A DNA stretch of 64,000 nucleotides from the human T2T-CHM13v2.0 reference genome, Homo sapiens, in assembly GCF_009914755.1 (NCBI RefSeq), contig NC_060948.1; one strand, given 5' to 3'. The position numbers were made by a program, and so were the translations under genes. How positions within the stretch are numbered: the stretch's first letter is position 1; the number at the start of each line of letters is the position of its first letter. Below are positions 1 through 11,100 of the stretch, in pieces. Below the pieces are notes generated by a model. It was not told where the DNA came from. It saw only the letters and a list, made by a program, of their open reading frames with translations, and searched no databases.

Positions 1-130
1 TAATGGTAATCCCACCACCCTTTGCTGACTCTCTTTTCAGACTCAGCCCATCTGCATCCAGGTGAAATAAATAGCCTTGTTGCTCACACAAAGCCTGTTT
101 GGTGGTCTCTTCACACGGATGTGTGTGACA
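1..130 (+). mobile_element. 3' end of HERV-H LTR (LTR7B-like); solo or 3' LTR, cut by the window edge
   Basis: CCCACCACCCTTTGCTGACTCTCTTTTC...GGTGAAATAAA...GCTCACACAAAGCCTGTTTGGTGGTCTCTTCACACGG...TGACA matches the LTR7 R/U5 end; no primer-binding site follows. Confidence 0.85.
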
Positions 131-169
131 ATAAGGTCTTGGATTTGACAATAAAAATGAGAAACCGAG

Positions 170-540
170 TGTATTAGTCCATTCTCACACTGCTATAAAG
201 AAATACCCAAGACTGGGTAATTTATAAAGGAAGAGGGTTTAATTGACTCACAGTTCCACATGGCTGGTGAAGTCTTAGGAAACTTACAATAATGGAGGAA
301 GGCAAAGAGGAAGCGAAGACCTTTTTCACATGGCATCAGGAGGGAGCAAAGTGTGCAAAGGAGGAATTTGCCAAACACTTATAAAGCCATCAGATCTCAT
401 AAGAACTCACTCATTATCACAAGAACAGCATGGGGGAAACTGCCCACGTTTTAATCACCTCCCAACAGGTTTCTCTCTTAACACCTGGGGATTAAAATTC
501 AAGATGAAATTTGGTTGGGACACAAAGCCTAACCATATCA
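170..540 (-). mobile_element. THE1D-like MaLR solo LTR
   Basis: Reverse complement starts TGATATGGTTAGGCTTTGTGTCC and ends GGACTAATACA; 5-bp TSD CCGAG (165-169) / CTGAG (541-545), differing by one CpG transition. Confidence 0.9.
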
Positions 541-884
541 CTGAGGTGAAACAAAGTACACGTTCACTGAAAAATATTTCAAGGACCTTTGATAACAGAA
601 GACTGGAAAGATTATTCATAAGAATACAGAACACACAGCAAACCCATGCCAAGTGAGCAATGCATTTTCTTTAGCACTCTGTACTGTTGTTCTGAAGTAA
701 AAGAACTGTTTCTGAAAATCAAACAAAATATTATAAAAGCTTCACAATCAAACAATTTGAAACAAACCATCAATTTAAATGTGCAAATAAATTTTAAAAG
801 AAACATAAAATTAAAATTGCTATGAATTAGAAGTAGTGCTGGAGAAGTAAAAAAACAAAATATTTCAATGGATAAGGGATAGTG

Positions 885-1182
885 GATATTAAGGGTTGAA
901 TTATGCCCTCACAAAAGACATGTTTAGGTCCTAATACCCAGCATCTCAGTATGTGACCTTGTTTGGAAATAGGGTTGTTACAGATGTAATTAGTTAAGTA
1001 AAGGTGAGGTTATACTAGAGTAAGATGGGGCCTCAATACAAAATGACTGAGGTCCTTATAAGAAGAAAAAGTCACACATGTGGAATAAATGACCTTTTAA
1101 AGACAGAGCCAGAGATTAGAGTGATGCTGCTACAAGTCAATCAATACAAGGATTGCCTGCAAACATCAGGAGATAGAAGAGC
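885..1182 (+). mobile_element. MLT1-family MaLR LTR, 5' part (truncated)
   Basis: GGGTTGAATTATGCCC...ATGTGACCTTGTTTGGAAATAGGG...CAGATGTAATTAGTTAAG...GTCCTTATAAGAAGA are MLT1 hallmarks. Confidence 0.8.
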
Positions 1183-2170
1183 CTTTTAACATGAAATGAT
1201 GTTGAATTTTATTGAAAGCCTTTTCTGCATGTATTGAGACTATCATGTAGATTTTTTCATTCTTTTTTATGTGATGAAGTAAATTTACAATTTGTATATG
1301 TTGAAACAACCTTGCATTCCAGGAATAAAGCCTACTTGATCGAGCTGGTTTAGCTTCTTGATGTACTACTGTATTCTGTTAGGTAATATTTTGTTGAGAA
1401 GTTTTGCATCTATATTCATCAAGGATCTTGACGTGAAGTACTCCTTTTTTTGTGTGTCTCTGCCAGGTTTTGGTATCTGAATAAAGCTGGCCTCATAGAA
1501 TGATTTAGGGAGGAGTCATTCCTCTGCATTTTTTTTTTAATAGTTTCAACAGGAATGGTATCAGCTGTTCTTTGTACATTTCATAGAATTAGGCTGTGAA
1601 TCAACCTGGTCCAGGGATTTTTCTGGTTGTTAGGCATTTTGTAACTTATTCAATTTTCAAACTCATTATTGGTGTATTCAGGGTTTCAATTTCTTCCTGT
1701 TTCAATCTTGGGAGGATGTATGTTTCCAGGAATTCATCCATTTTATATAGATTTTCTAGTTTGTGTGCATAGAATTGATTGTAACAGTCTCTGAGAATTA
1801 TTTTGTATTTCTGTTGAGTCGGTAATAATGTCACCTTTGTCATTTCTGATTGGGTTTATTTTAGTTCTCTCTTTATTAGTCTAGCTAGTGATCTATCAAT
1901 CATTTATTCTTTCAAAGAAACAACTTCTTATTCCTTTGATTTTTTTATTGTATAGATCTCAACTCTCAATTTCATTCAATTCAGCTCAGATTTTTGTTAT
2001 TTCTTGTCTTCTGCCAGCTTTGGGTTTGGTTTGCTCTTTTTTTTTTTTTTTTTTTGTAGTTTTTGGTGTGATACCAGCTTGCTAATTTCAGATCTTTATA
2101 ACTTTTTGATATGGGCATTTAGTGCTGTAAACTTAACTCTTAACACTGCTTATCTCTGCCCTAGGGATTC
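1183..2170 (-). mobile_element. L1 ORF2 fragment (linker to RT start), old primate L1
   Basis: Minus ORF 1646-1843 reads KLENLYKMDEFLETYILPRLKQEEIETLN (L1 ORF2p Z-domain region). Confidence 0.9.
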
Positions 2171-2179
2171 TGTTATATC

Positions 2180-2700
2180 TTTTATTTTTAATTTTAGCTT
2201 TTATTTTAGATATGCGGGTACATGTGTAGAATTGTTACATGGGTATATTGGACTCCATTTGTGAGCATAGTACCCAGTAGCTATTTCTTCAACTCTCACT
2301 CCCACTTTCTTCCCTCCTCCCTCTAGTGGTCTAGTAGTTTAGCTCCCACTTATTAGTGAGAGCTAAACATTGAATAAACATGGACATAAACATGGAAAAA
2401 ACAGAAACTGTGGTCATTCAGTTTTCTGTTCCTGTGTTAATTCATTTAGGACTATGGTCTTTAGCTCCATCCATGTTGCTGCAAAGAACATGGTCTCCTC
2501 TTTTTATGGATGAATAGTATTCTATGGTGTATATGGACCACACTTCCTTTATCCAATTCACTACTGATAGGCACATAGATTGATTCCATGTATTTGCTAT
2601 TGTGAATAACACAGTGATGAACATAAAAGTGAGTGTTTTTTTGGTACAATGATCTATATTTTTGGGGGTATATATCCAGTTCTGAGATTGCTGATAAGCA
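2180..2700 (-). mobile_element. L1 3' end (L1PA15/16-L1PB class)
   Basis: T-rich tail followed by L1 3'UTR motifs; minus ORF MFITVLFTIANTWNQ...IYTIEYY matches the ORF2p C-terminus. Confidence 0.85.
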
Positions 2701-2864
2701 TTGTAGTAGACACCTAGCTGGGCTCATTTACTCCCATCTCTCCCTGTTCCACATGACATGTTGATCTTGAGGCACCATTTTATTGGACCATTCCTCACAT
2801 CTTTAAAAATAGAAATGACATATATTTTTCCAATGAAATTAGCTCAAATTCCTAATGTTAATTT

Positions 2865-2927
2865 TCAAGGTTTTTTATCAATTAGCATAAAAATTCTCAA
2901 GGTTTTTACCAATTAGCAGAAAAATTC
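2865..2927. repeat. Imperfect 31-32 bp tandem duplication
   Basis: TCAAGGTTTTTTATCAATTAGCATAAAAATTC followed by TCAAGGTTTTTACCAATTAGCAGAAAAATTC. Confidence 0.85.
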
Positions 2928-3431
2928 TAAGTAATACTTAATGAAACTAAAAACAGGAGAGTCTGTAATGTTAATTCCAACTATTCTCCCATGAAGAAAC
3001 TTAGTACATGGTTCATGATAGCACAAGGGAGAGTCTATTAGTAACAGAATAAATAAGTGAGATAAATTGGCTGTAGTAGGGAGTTGAAAGCAGAGTAACC
3101 ATTTACAGTAGTCCATTAATGAGTTTATAGCTTCAAAAATCACCTGCATGCAACTTCTATGCATATAGCAGCATTCTAAGCATTACAGAAAATACAAAAT
3201 AGTTCACTGACTGTTAGGTAGTCAAGAACCATCTTAGGGAATAAAGTTAAGAAAAAAGAATAATATCTTAATAACCCCTAAGAGGTAATAAAAGTATTAG
3301 AAGGAGAGAGAGAGATAGCACCAGATCTGGTTAGGAGAGACTTAGCTTATACAAAGTTTTAGTGGTGACAAATGAGCAATTTTTCTTGACTGACTACAAA
3401 ATAGATTAACCTGGTCAGAATAAAAGATTCA

Positions 3432-4468
3432 CAGTCGTGAACCACGTAATATCAGTCAGTGATGGACCACATATATGATGATGATTTCATAAGATTATAA
3501 TGAAGCTGAAAATTTCTATAGCCTGTTGTTTACTATACTGCACTTTTCATCATTATTTAGAATGTATTATTGTGAAAGAGTAACGTATAAAAAATATTAC
3601 CTGTAAAACAGCCTCAGGCAGGTCCTTCAGGAGGTATTTAAGAAGAAACCATTGTTATCATAGGAGATGACAGCTTCATGCAAGTAATTGCCCCTGAAAA
3701 TCTGAGATGTGGAGGTAGAAGACAGTGATATTTATGATTCTGGCTCTGTGTAGGCCTAGCATCAAGTGTATTTTTGTGTCTTCGTTTATAACAAAAAAAG
3801 TTTAAAAACTAATGAAAACATTAAAAATTATTTTTAAAAAGGTTGTAAACAAGCATATAAACAAAGAAAATATTGTTGTACAGCTATGAGGTGTTTTTGT
3901 GTTTGAAGCTAAGTATTATTTTTGATCAGTCAAGGAGTTGAAAAAATAAAAATTTTATGATGCAAAAAAGTTATAGTAAGCCAAGCTTAATTTATTTTCA
4001 AGAAAAAACAATATTTTAAATGAACTTAGCACAGCCAAAGTGTTCAATGTTTATAAAGTCTGCAGTTGAATGCAATCTTAGGCCTTTACATTCACTTACC
4101 ACTCACTCACTGATTCAACCAGAGCAACTTCTAGTCCTGTGAGTTCCATTCATGCTGAGAGCCTTATACAGATGTATCAAATTTAATCTTGTACGCTATA
4201 TTTTGACTCTACCTTTTCTATGCTTAGATATGTTTAGATGCACACATATATATTATTGTGTTACAATTGCCTACAGTATTCAGTTCACTAACGTATCACA
4301 CAGGTTTGTATCCTAGAAGCAATAAGGTATACTCTATAGCTTAGGTGTGTAGTAAGCTATAACATCTAGGTTTGTGTACATACATTCTACAATATTTATT
4401 CAATGAAGAAATTGCCTAAGAATACATTTCTCAGAAATATATTCACTGTTTTAAACAATATGTTATTG
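3432..4468 (+). mobile_element. Tigger3b (MER7B/GOLEM-type) non-autonomous DNA transposon
   Basis: Starts CAGTC...GATGGACCACATATATGA...CATAAGATTATAATGAAGCTGAAAA and ends ...AAATTGCCTAAGAATACATTTCTCAGAA...; about 1 kb. Confidence 0.8.
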
Positions 4469-5939
4469 CAACAGGCATACCTCAGTTTTTTGTTATTTGC
4501 TTTATTGTGCTTCACAGATATTGTGTTTATTAACATTTAAGGTTTGTGGCAATCCTGTATCAAGAAAGCCTATTGGTAACAATTTTCCAACATCACTTGC
4601 TTACTTTGTGTCTCTGTGTTACATTTTGGCAATTCTCATAATATTTCAAAAATTTTCAGTATTATATCAGCTATGGTCATTTATGGTCTCTGATGTTACT
4701 ATTGTAATTGTTCTGTGGCACCATAAACTGCGGTCACATAAGACAGTAAACTTAATACATAAATGTTGTATGTGTTCTGACTGCTCCACCTACCAGCATT
4801 TCCCCCATCTTTCTCCCTCTTGTCAGGCCTGTCTATACCTTGAGACACAACAATATTTAAATTAGGCCAATTAATAACCCTACAATGACATGTAAGTATT
4901 CACGTCAAATAGAGTTTCATGTCTCTCACTTTAAATCAAAAGGTAGAAAGTGATTAGACTTAATAAAGAAGGCACTTCAAAAATCAAAATAGGCTGAAAA
5001 CTAGGCATCTTGCACTAAATAATGAGCCAAGTTGTGAATGCAAACTAAAAGTTATTGGAGAAAATTAGAAGTGCTACTCCAGTAAAAATCTGAATGATAA
5101 GAAAGTGAAACAGCCTTATTACGTGCTGATATGGAGAAAATTTCAGTAGTCTGAATCAAAGACAAACCAGCCACAAAATTCACTTAGGCAAAAGCCCAAT
5201 CCAGAGCAAGGCCCTAACACTCGTTAATTCTATGAAAACTGAGAGAGGTGAGGATGTTACGGTAGGAAAGTTTGAAGCTAGTAGAGGTTGGTTCATGAGG
5301 TTGAAGGAAATAAGCCATTTTCATAACACAAAAACGCAAGGTGAATCAGCAAATGCTGATGGAGAAGCTGCAGCAAGTTATCTGGAAGATCTAGCTAGGA
5401 TAATTGAAGAAGGTGGCTATACTAAACAACAGATTTTCATTGTAGACAAAAACAGCCTTCTGTTGGAAGATGATGACATCTAGGACTTTCATAGATGGAG
5501 AAAGGAAGTCAATGCCTGACTTCAAAGCTTTAATAGACAAGGTGACTCTCTTGTTAGTGGCTAATGCAGCTGGTGACTTTAAATTTAAGTCAGTGCTCAT
5601 CTACTATTCTGAAAATCCTAGGGTATTTAAAAATTATGCTAATTATACTCTGCCTGTCCTCTATAAATGGAGTGGCAAAACCTGGATGAGAGAACATCTG
5701 TTTACCATATGGTTTACTTAATATGTAAGCCCGCTGTTGAGACCTACTGCTCAGAAATAAAGATTTCATTCAAAATATTACTGTTCACTGACAATTCACC
5801 TAGTCAACCTAGAACTCTGATGAAAATTTGCAAGGAGATTAATGTAGTTTTCATGCCTGTTAACACAATATCCATTCTGTAGCCCTAGATGAATGAATGT
5901 TTTTGACTTCCAAGACTTATTTAAGAAAAGCATTTCATA

Positions 5940-6111
<172 letters not shown>

Positions 6112-6454
6112 TTACATAGGGCTATATCTGCCATTGGTAATGATTCCTCTGATAGATCTGGGCAATTCCTTCTGGAAAGAAAATCACCATTCAAGATACC
6201 AATTAAGAACATTTGTGATTCATGGAAGGTCAAAATATCTACATTAACAGAAGTTTGGAATAAGATAATTCCAACCTTCATGAACGACTTCAATGGATTC
6301 AACACTTCTATAGAGAAAGTAATATAAATATGGTGGGAATAGCAAGATAAATAAAATTAGAAGTGGAGCTTAAAGATGGAACTAAATTACTGCAGTCTCA
6401 TGATAAAACTTGGATGGATGAGCACTCGCTTTTTATGAATGAACAAATACATTG

Positions 6455-7839
6455 CTCCCTCTCCCTCTCCCTCTCCCTCTCCCTCTCCCTCTCCCTCTCC
6501 CCTCTTTCCATGGTCTCCCTCTGATGCCGAGCTGAGGCTGGACTGTACTGCCGCTGTCTTGGCTCACTGCAACCTCCCTGCCTGATTCTCGTGCCTCAGG
6601 CTGCCGAGTGCCTGGGATTGCAGGTGCACGCCGCCACGCCTGACTGGTTTCCGTATTTTTTTGGTGGAGACAGGGTTTCACTGTGTTGGCCGGGCTGGTC
6701 TCTAGCTCCTAAACATGAGTGATCTGCCAGCCTCGGCCTCCCGAGGTGCCGGGATTGCAGATGGAGTCTCCTTCACTCAGTGCTCAATGTTACCCAGGCT
6801 GGAGTGCAGTGGTGTGATCTCGGCTCAATACAACCTCCACCTCCCAGCCGCCTGCCTTGGCCTCCCAAAGTGCGGAAATTGCAGCCTCTGCCCGGCCGCC
6901 ACCCCGTCTGGGAAGTGAGGAGCGTCTCTGCCTGGCCGCCCATCATCTGGGATGTGAAGAGCCCCTCTGCCCGGCTGCCCAGTCTGGGAAGTGAGGAGCG
7001 CCTCTTCCCGGCCGCCATCCCATCTAGGAAGTGAGGGGCATCTCTGCCCAGCTGCCCATCATCTGAGATGTGGTGAGCGCCTCTGCCCCGCTGCCCCGTC
7101 TGGGATGTAAGAAGTGCCTCTGCCTAGCTGTGACCCCATCTGGGAGGTGAGGAGCGTCTCTGTCCGGCTGCCCCATCTGAGAAGTGAGGGGCCCCTCCGC
7201 CCGGCAGCCACCCCATCTGTGAAGTGAGGAGCCCCTCCGCCCTGCAGCCGCCCCGTCTGGGAGGTGTACCCAACAGCTCATTGAGAGCTGGCCATTATGA
7301 CAATGGCAGTTTTGTCGAGTAGAGAGGGGGGAAATGTGGGGAGGGGATGGAGAGGTCGGATTGTTGCTGCGTCTGTGTAGAGGGAAGTAGACATAGGAGA
7401 CTCCATTTTGTTCTGTACTAAGAAAAATTCTTCTGCCTTGGGATGCTGTAAATCTATAACCTTACCCCCAACCCTGTGCTCTCTGAAACACGTGCTGTGT
7501 CCACTCAGGGTTAAATGGATTAAGGGCGGTGCAAGATGTGCTTTGTTAAACAGATGCTTGAAGGCAGCATGCTCATTAAGAGTCATCACCACTCCCTAAT
7601 CTCAAGTACCCAGGGACACAAACACTGCAGAAGGCCGCAGGGTCCTCTGCCTAGGAAAACCAGAGACCCTTGTTCACTTGTTTATCTGCTGACCTTCCCT
7701 CCACTATTGTCCTATGACCCTGCCAAATCCCCCTCTGCGAGAAACACCCAAGAATGATCAATAAATACTAAAAAAAAAAATAAAATAAAAACAAAATAAA
7801 ATAAATAAAAATCAAGAGGGGGAATATTAAAAAATAAAT
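6455..7839 (+). mobile_element. Full-length SVA retrotransposon (older SVA_A/B-like, short VNTR)
   Basis: (CTCCCT)x7-8 at 6455-6502; antisense Alu-like domain to ~6880; GC-rich VNTR ~6882-7265; SINE-R ~7266-7769 ending AATAAATACT plus poly(A); TSD AAATACATTG (6445-6454) / AAATAAATTG (7840-7849). Confidence 0.97.
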
Positions 7840-8108
7840 AAATAAATTGATTTTTGCGGGGATAGAGTCCACTCCTGGTGAAGATGCTGTGAACTTGGTT
7901 GAAATGACAGCACCTGATTTAGAAGATTACAGAAACTTAGTTGATAAAACAGTGTCAAGGTTTGAGATGATCAACTAAAACTTTGAAAGAAGTTCTGTTG
8001 TGGGGATGATGCTATCAAAAATCACTGCATGTTACAGAGAAAATTTTTTATGAAAGAAAGAGTCAATTAATATGGCAAACATAATTGTCTCATTTTAAGA
8101 AATTGACA

Positions 8109-11100
8109 TATTTTCTACCTGGGACCAAAGGAAGATGGCAGATAGGAGGCAGGGCTAATGTGCATCTCCCACTTGGATAGACAGAACGATGTGTTGATAC
8201 TCACACTGTGAACTGTTGTTCCAAGAATTACTGCAGGAACGTATCAGGAAAACCAAAAGAATTAACAGATATTTGAAAGAAGTGACATGCCACTGCAAAC
8301 TCTGCAGGACGAGTGAAAAGCTTTGAGTTCCCAAATTGTGAGAGTGAGAAAACCTGCCTTTGAACACACATCCCCACTGGGAAATCTAAAATTTCAGATA
8401 ACAGGAGAAGAATTTAACCTTATCTAGAGCTGGAATGGATTTAGGGAGCCATGTGAAATACAAAAGTAGAAGCAGCAGTATGAGAAGCCTCGTAGGCACT
8501 CCCAGTCTCCAGTTTGAGCCCATGGAAGCCATCTCTGACTTTATCTCACAGGGGCCCTCAGGAAAGGCAGACAGCAGAATTAGGGAGGGGACACAGGGTG
8601 AAAGAATCTTCCAAATAAATGTGATAATTTCAAGTGGGAACAAAATCCCTCGAACAGAATCTAGGGGATGAATGGGAACTACAGCAGAAATGAGCATAGG
8701 AACGGGTTATCCACCATTGCAGGTAAATGGAGAGGGGTGTGGCATGAACACTGTGCTTGCTTTTTCAGCGGGGAATCTTATGGCATGGGGAGGGTCTGAG
8801 TTCTGTGCACAGGCAGCCTGGATCTAAACTGACCACTTGCACTGTTAGTGGGGCACTGTGGGAACAAGACCAGCCTTGCCAACTGTGTGGAGGCTGAGTG
8901 AAGCCTTTTACTACCAGTGACCCCCTACTTCCCTAGTGAAGTCTCCTGTATGGGAGAGGTAGCCATAATCCCCTCTGGAACATAACCCCATTGGCCTGAG
9001 AACTACCTGCTTATCCCCACAGTGACAGCTGCAAGCCCTGCCCAAGAAGAGTCTTTACTAGATCAGCCTAACCCTGCCCCCATCTGATGGTATTTCTCTA
9101 CCCACCCTGGTAGCCAAACACAAAAGACACAAACTCTTGGGAGTTTTATGGCCCCACCCATCACCTGAGAAATCAGAATACTTCCCCTGGCCAACTTAGG
9201 GCAAGCTCAAATTCCACTGCTAATACAACAGCTGGGATCTCCTGAAAGTGCCACCTCCTGGCTGGAGGTCAACCAGCTAAGGCCATTACAGCATCTCATG
9301 ACAGAATAATGCTCCTCCCAGGAAGGAGAAAACAGCAACTAATACCACTGCCTGCAACATCCTGGCTACCAGAGGTCCTGAGTCTGTCCATGTAACAACT
9401 TCACTGCTAGCATAACCAGCATTCATGAAAACTAGGATTTAACCTGTCTACAACCAAGGATTCTCAGAATCTGCATCACTCCCCTGCCATCTCCACCAGA
9501 GCAGGTGCTGGTATCCATGGCTGGGAGACCCAAAGACTGATCATATCACAGGATTCTTTGCAGACATTTCCCAGCACCAGCCCAGAGCCTGGTAGCCCCA
9601 CTGGGTGGCTAGATCCAAAAGATCAATTACAATCACTGCAGTCTGGTTCTCAGGAAGCCCTATCCCTAAGGGGAAGGGGACAACACCACATCAAAGAATC
9701 ACCCCATGGGACAAAAGAATCTGAACAGCGGGCCTTAAGTTCCAGATCTTTCTCACAGCAGAAACACAATTGCAGTGCTGGATGCAGTAATAAAAATTCT
9801 GCACCTATACCACAACAGGCAGGCAGCCTCAGTGATCATGAAGAGCCTTGGAGAAGGGGTCCTTCTTCCCCCTGGTACTCTATGCAGACACAGCTGGGGC
9901 TTCCCCCACAGGAATGCAGTATGGAGTCACCTATAGACAGACTTTGTGGAACAGTCCTGGTGAGTGCAGCCCCATAGGAGGAGCCTACCCCAGATTCAGG
10001 CCTGCAAGTGTGGCAGAGTCACAATTCCCCCCTACTTGAAACATCAACATTTCCATAGACAAAAAGTGGTGCCTGTATGATCTGAATAGCTGAAACATAA
10101 AGCAGGAGTGAGGCTGTGAAGCTTTCCTGCTGATCTGGCAGGAAGTTGAGGTAGCTCCCACTCTTCACCCTGATAAAACCTCAGCACATTTAATTGAGAG
10201 TTCACTCAGCCATCCTCATTATGGCTGGGACCTTGACCCAACATTGGGTATTACATCTACCCATCTGCCTTAGTCAGAATCAATGCTTACCCAGGGATAT
10301 CTCCCCTATTGGCCTGAAGCCTGATTCATCAACTTAGTAAATAAAATACAAGGACAAATAATAAATAAATAAAGTGTATACCACAAGAGAATGAGATATG
10401 CTTCAAGAGATCCTTGCCTTTCCAACTCCATAGGAGATAGTAAACTTACCCACACACCAAGAATATAACTACTACAACCAGCATTAGGGAAAACCAGAAC
10501 GCAAAGACTCTCATAACTAAGGATCTCTTAGAGAGTCATCACCCCTACAAGCATCAAGAATCAAATTAGGCTAAAATAAACATTAAAGTCTGATCCTTAA
10601 GAGAATAAAAAAGAAATATATATTAAATAAAAACACAGTTCAATTAAAAATAAATTCCAAAAAAAATTTTAAGTACTAGCCTACTCAAATGAGAAGGAAC
10701 TAGAAAAGTAATTCTGGTAATATGACAAAACAGGGTTTTAAAGCACCCCCAAAAGATCACACTAGCTCCCTAGCAGTGGATCCAAACCAAGAAGAAATCT
10801 CTGAATTGCCAGGTAAGGAATTCAGAAGTCACACCTGTAATCCCAGCACTTTGGGAGGCCGAGGTGGGCAGATCACGAGGTCAGGAGTTCGAGACCAGCC
10901 TGACCAACATGGTGAAAACCCGTCTCTACTAAAAATACAAAAATTAGCAGGGCATGGTGGCACACACCAGTAATCCTAGCTACTCAGAAGGCTGAGGCAG
11001 GAGAATCGCTTAAACCCATACCCAGAAGGTGGAGGTTGCAGTGAGCTGAGATCACATCACTGCACTCCAGCCTGGGCGAGAGAGTGAGACTCAGTCTCCA

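Noticed and set aside
5232-5882. Domesticated TIGD-like transposase gene
   Set aside because: The frame is broken by several frameshifts and by Alu and SVA insertions, so it is a decayed Tigger1.
6882-7265. Regularly spaced ~37-40 bp repeats resembling a CRISPR array
   Set aside because: This is the SVA VNTR: tandem units without unique spacers, no cas genes, primate context.
6433-7757. Overlapping ORFs including an RG-repeat peptide
   Set aside because: These are translations of the SVA hexamer, Alu-like, VNTR and SINE-R domains; GC-rich sequence is simply poor in stop codons.
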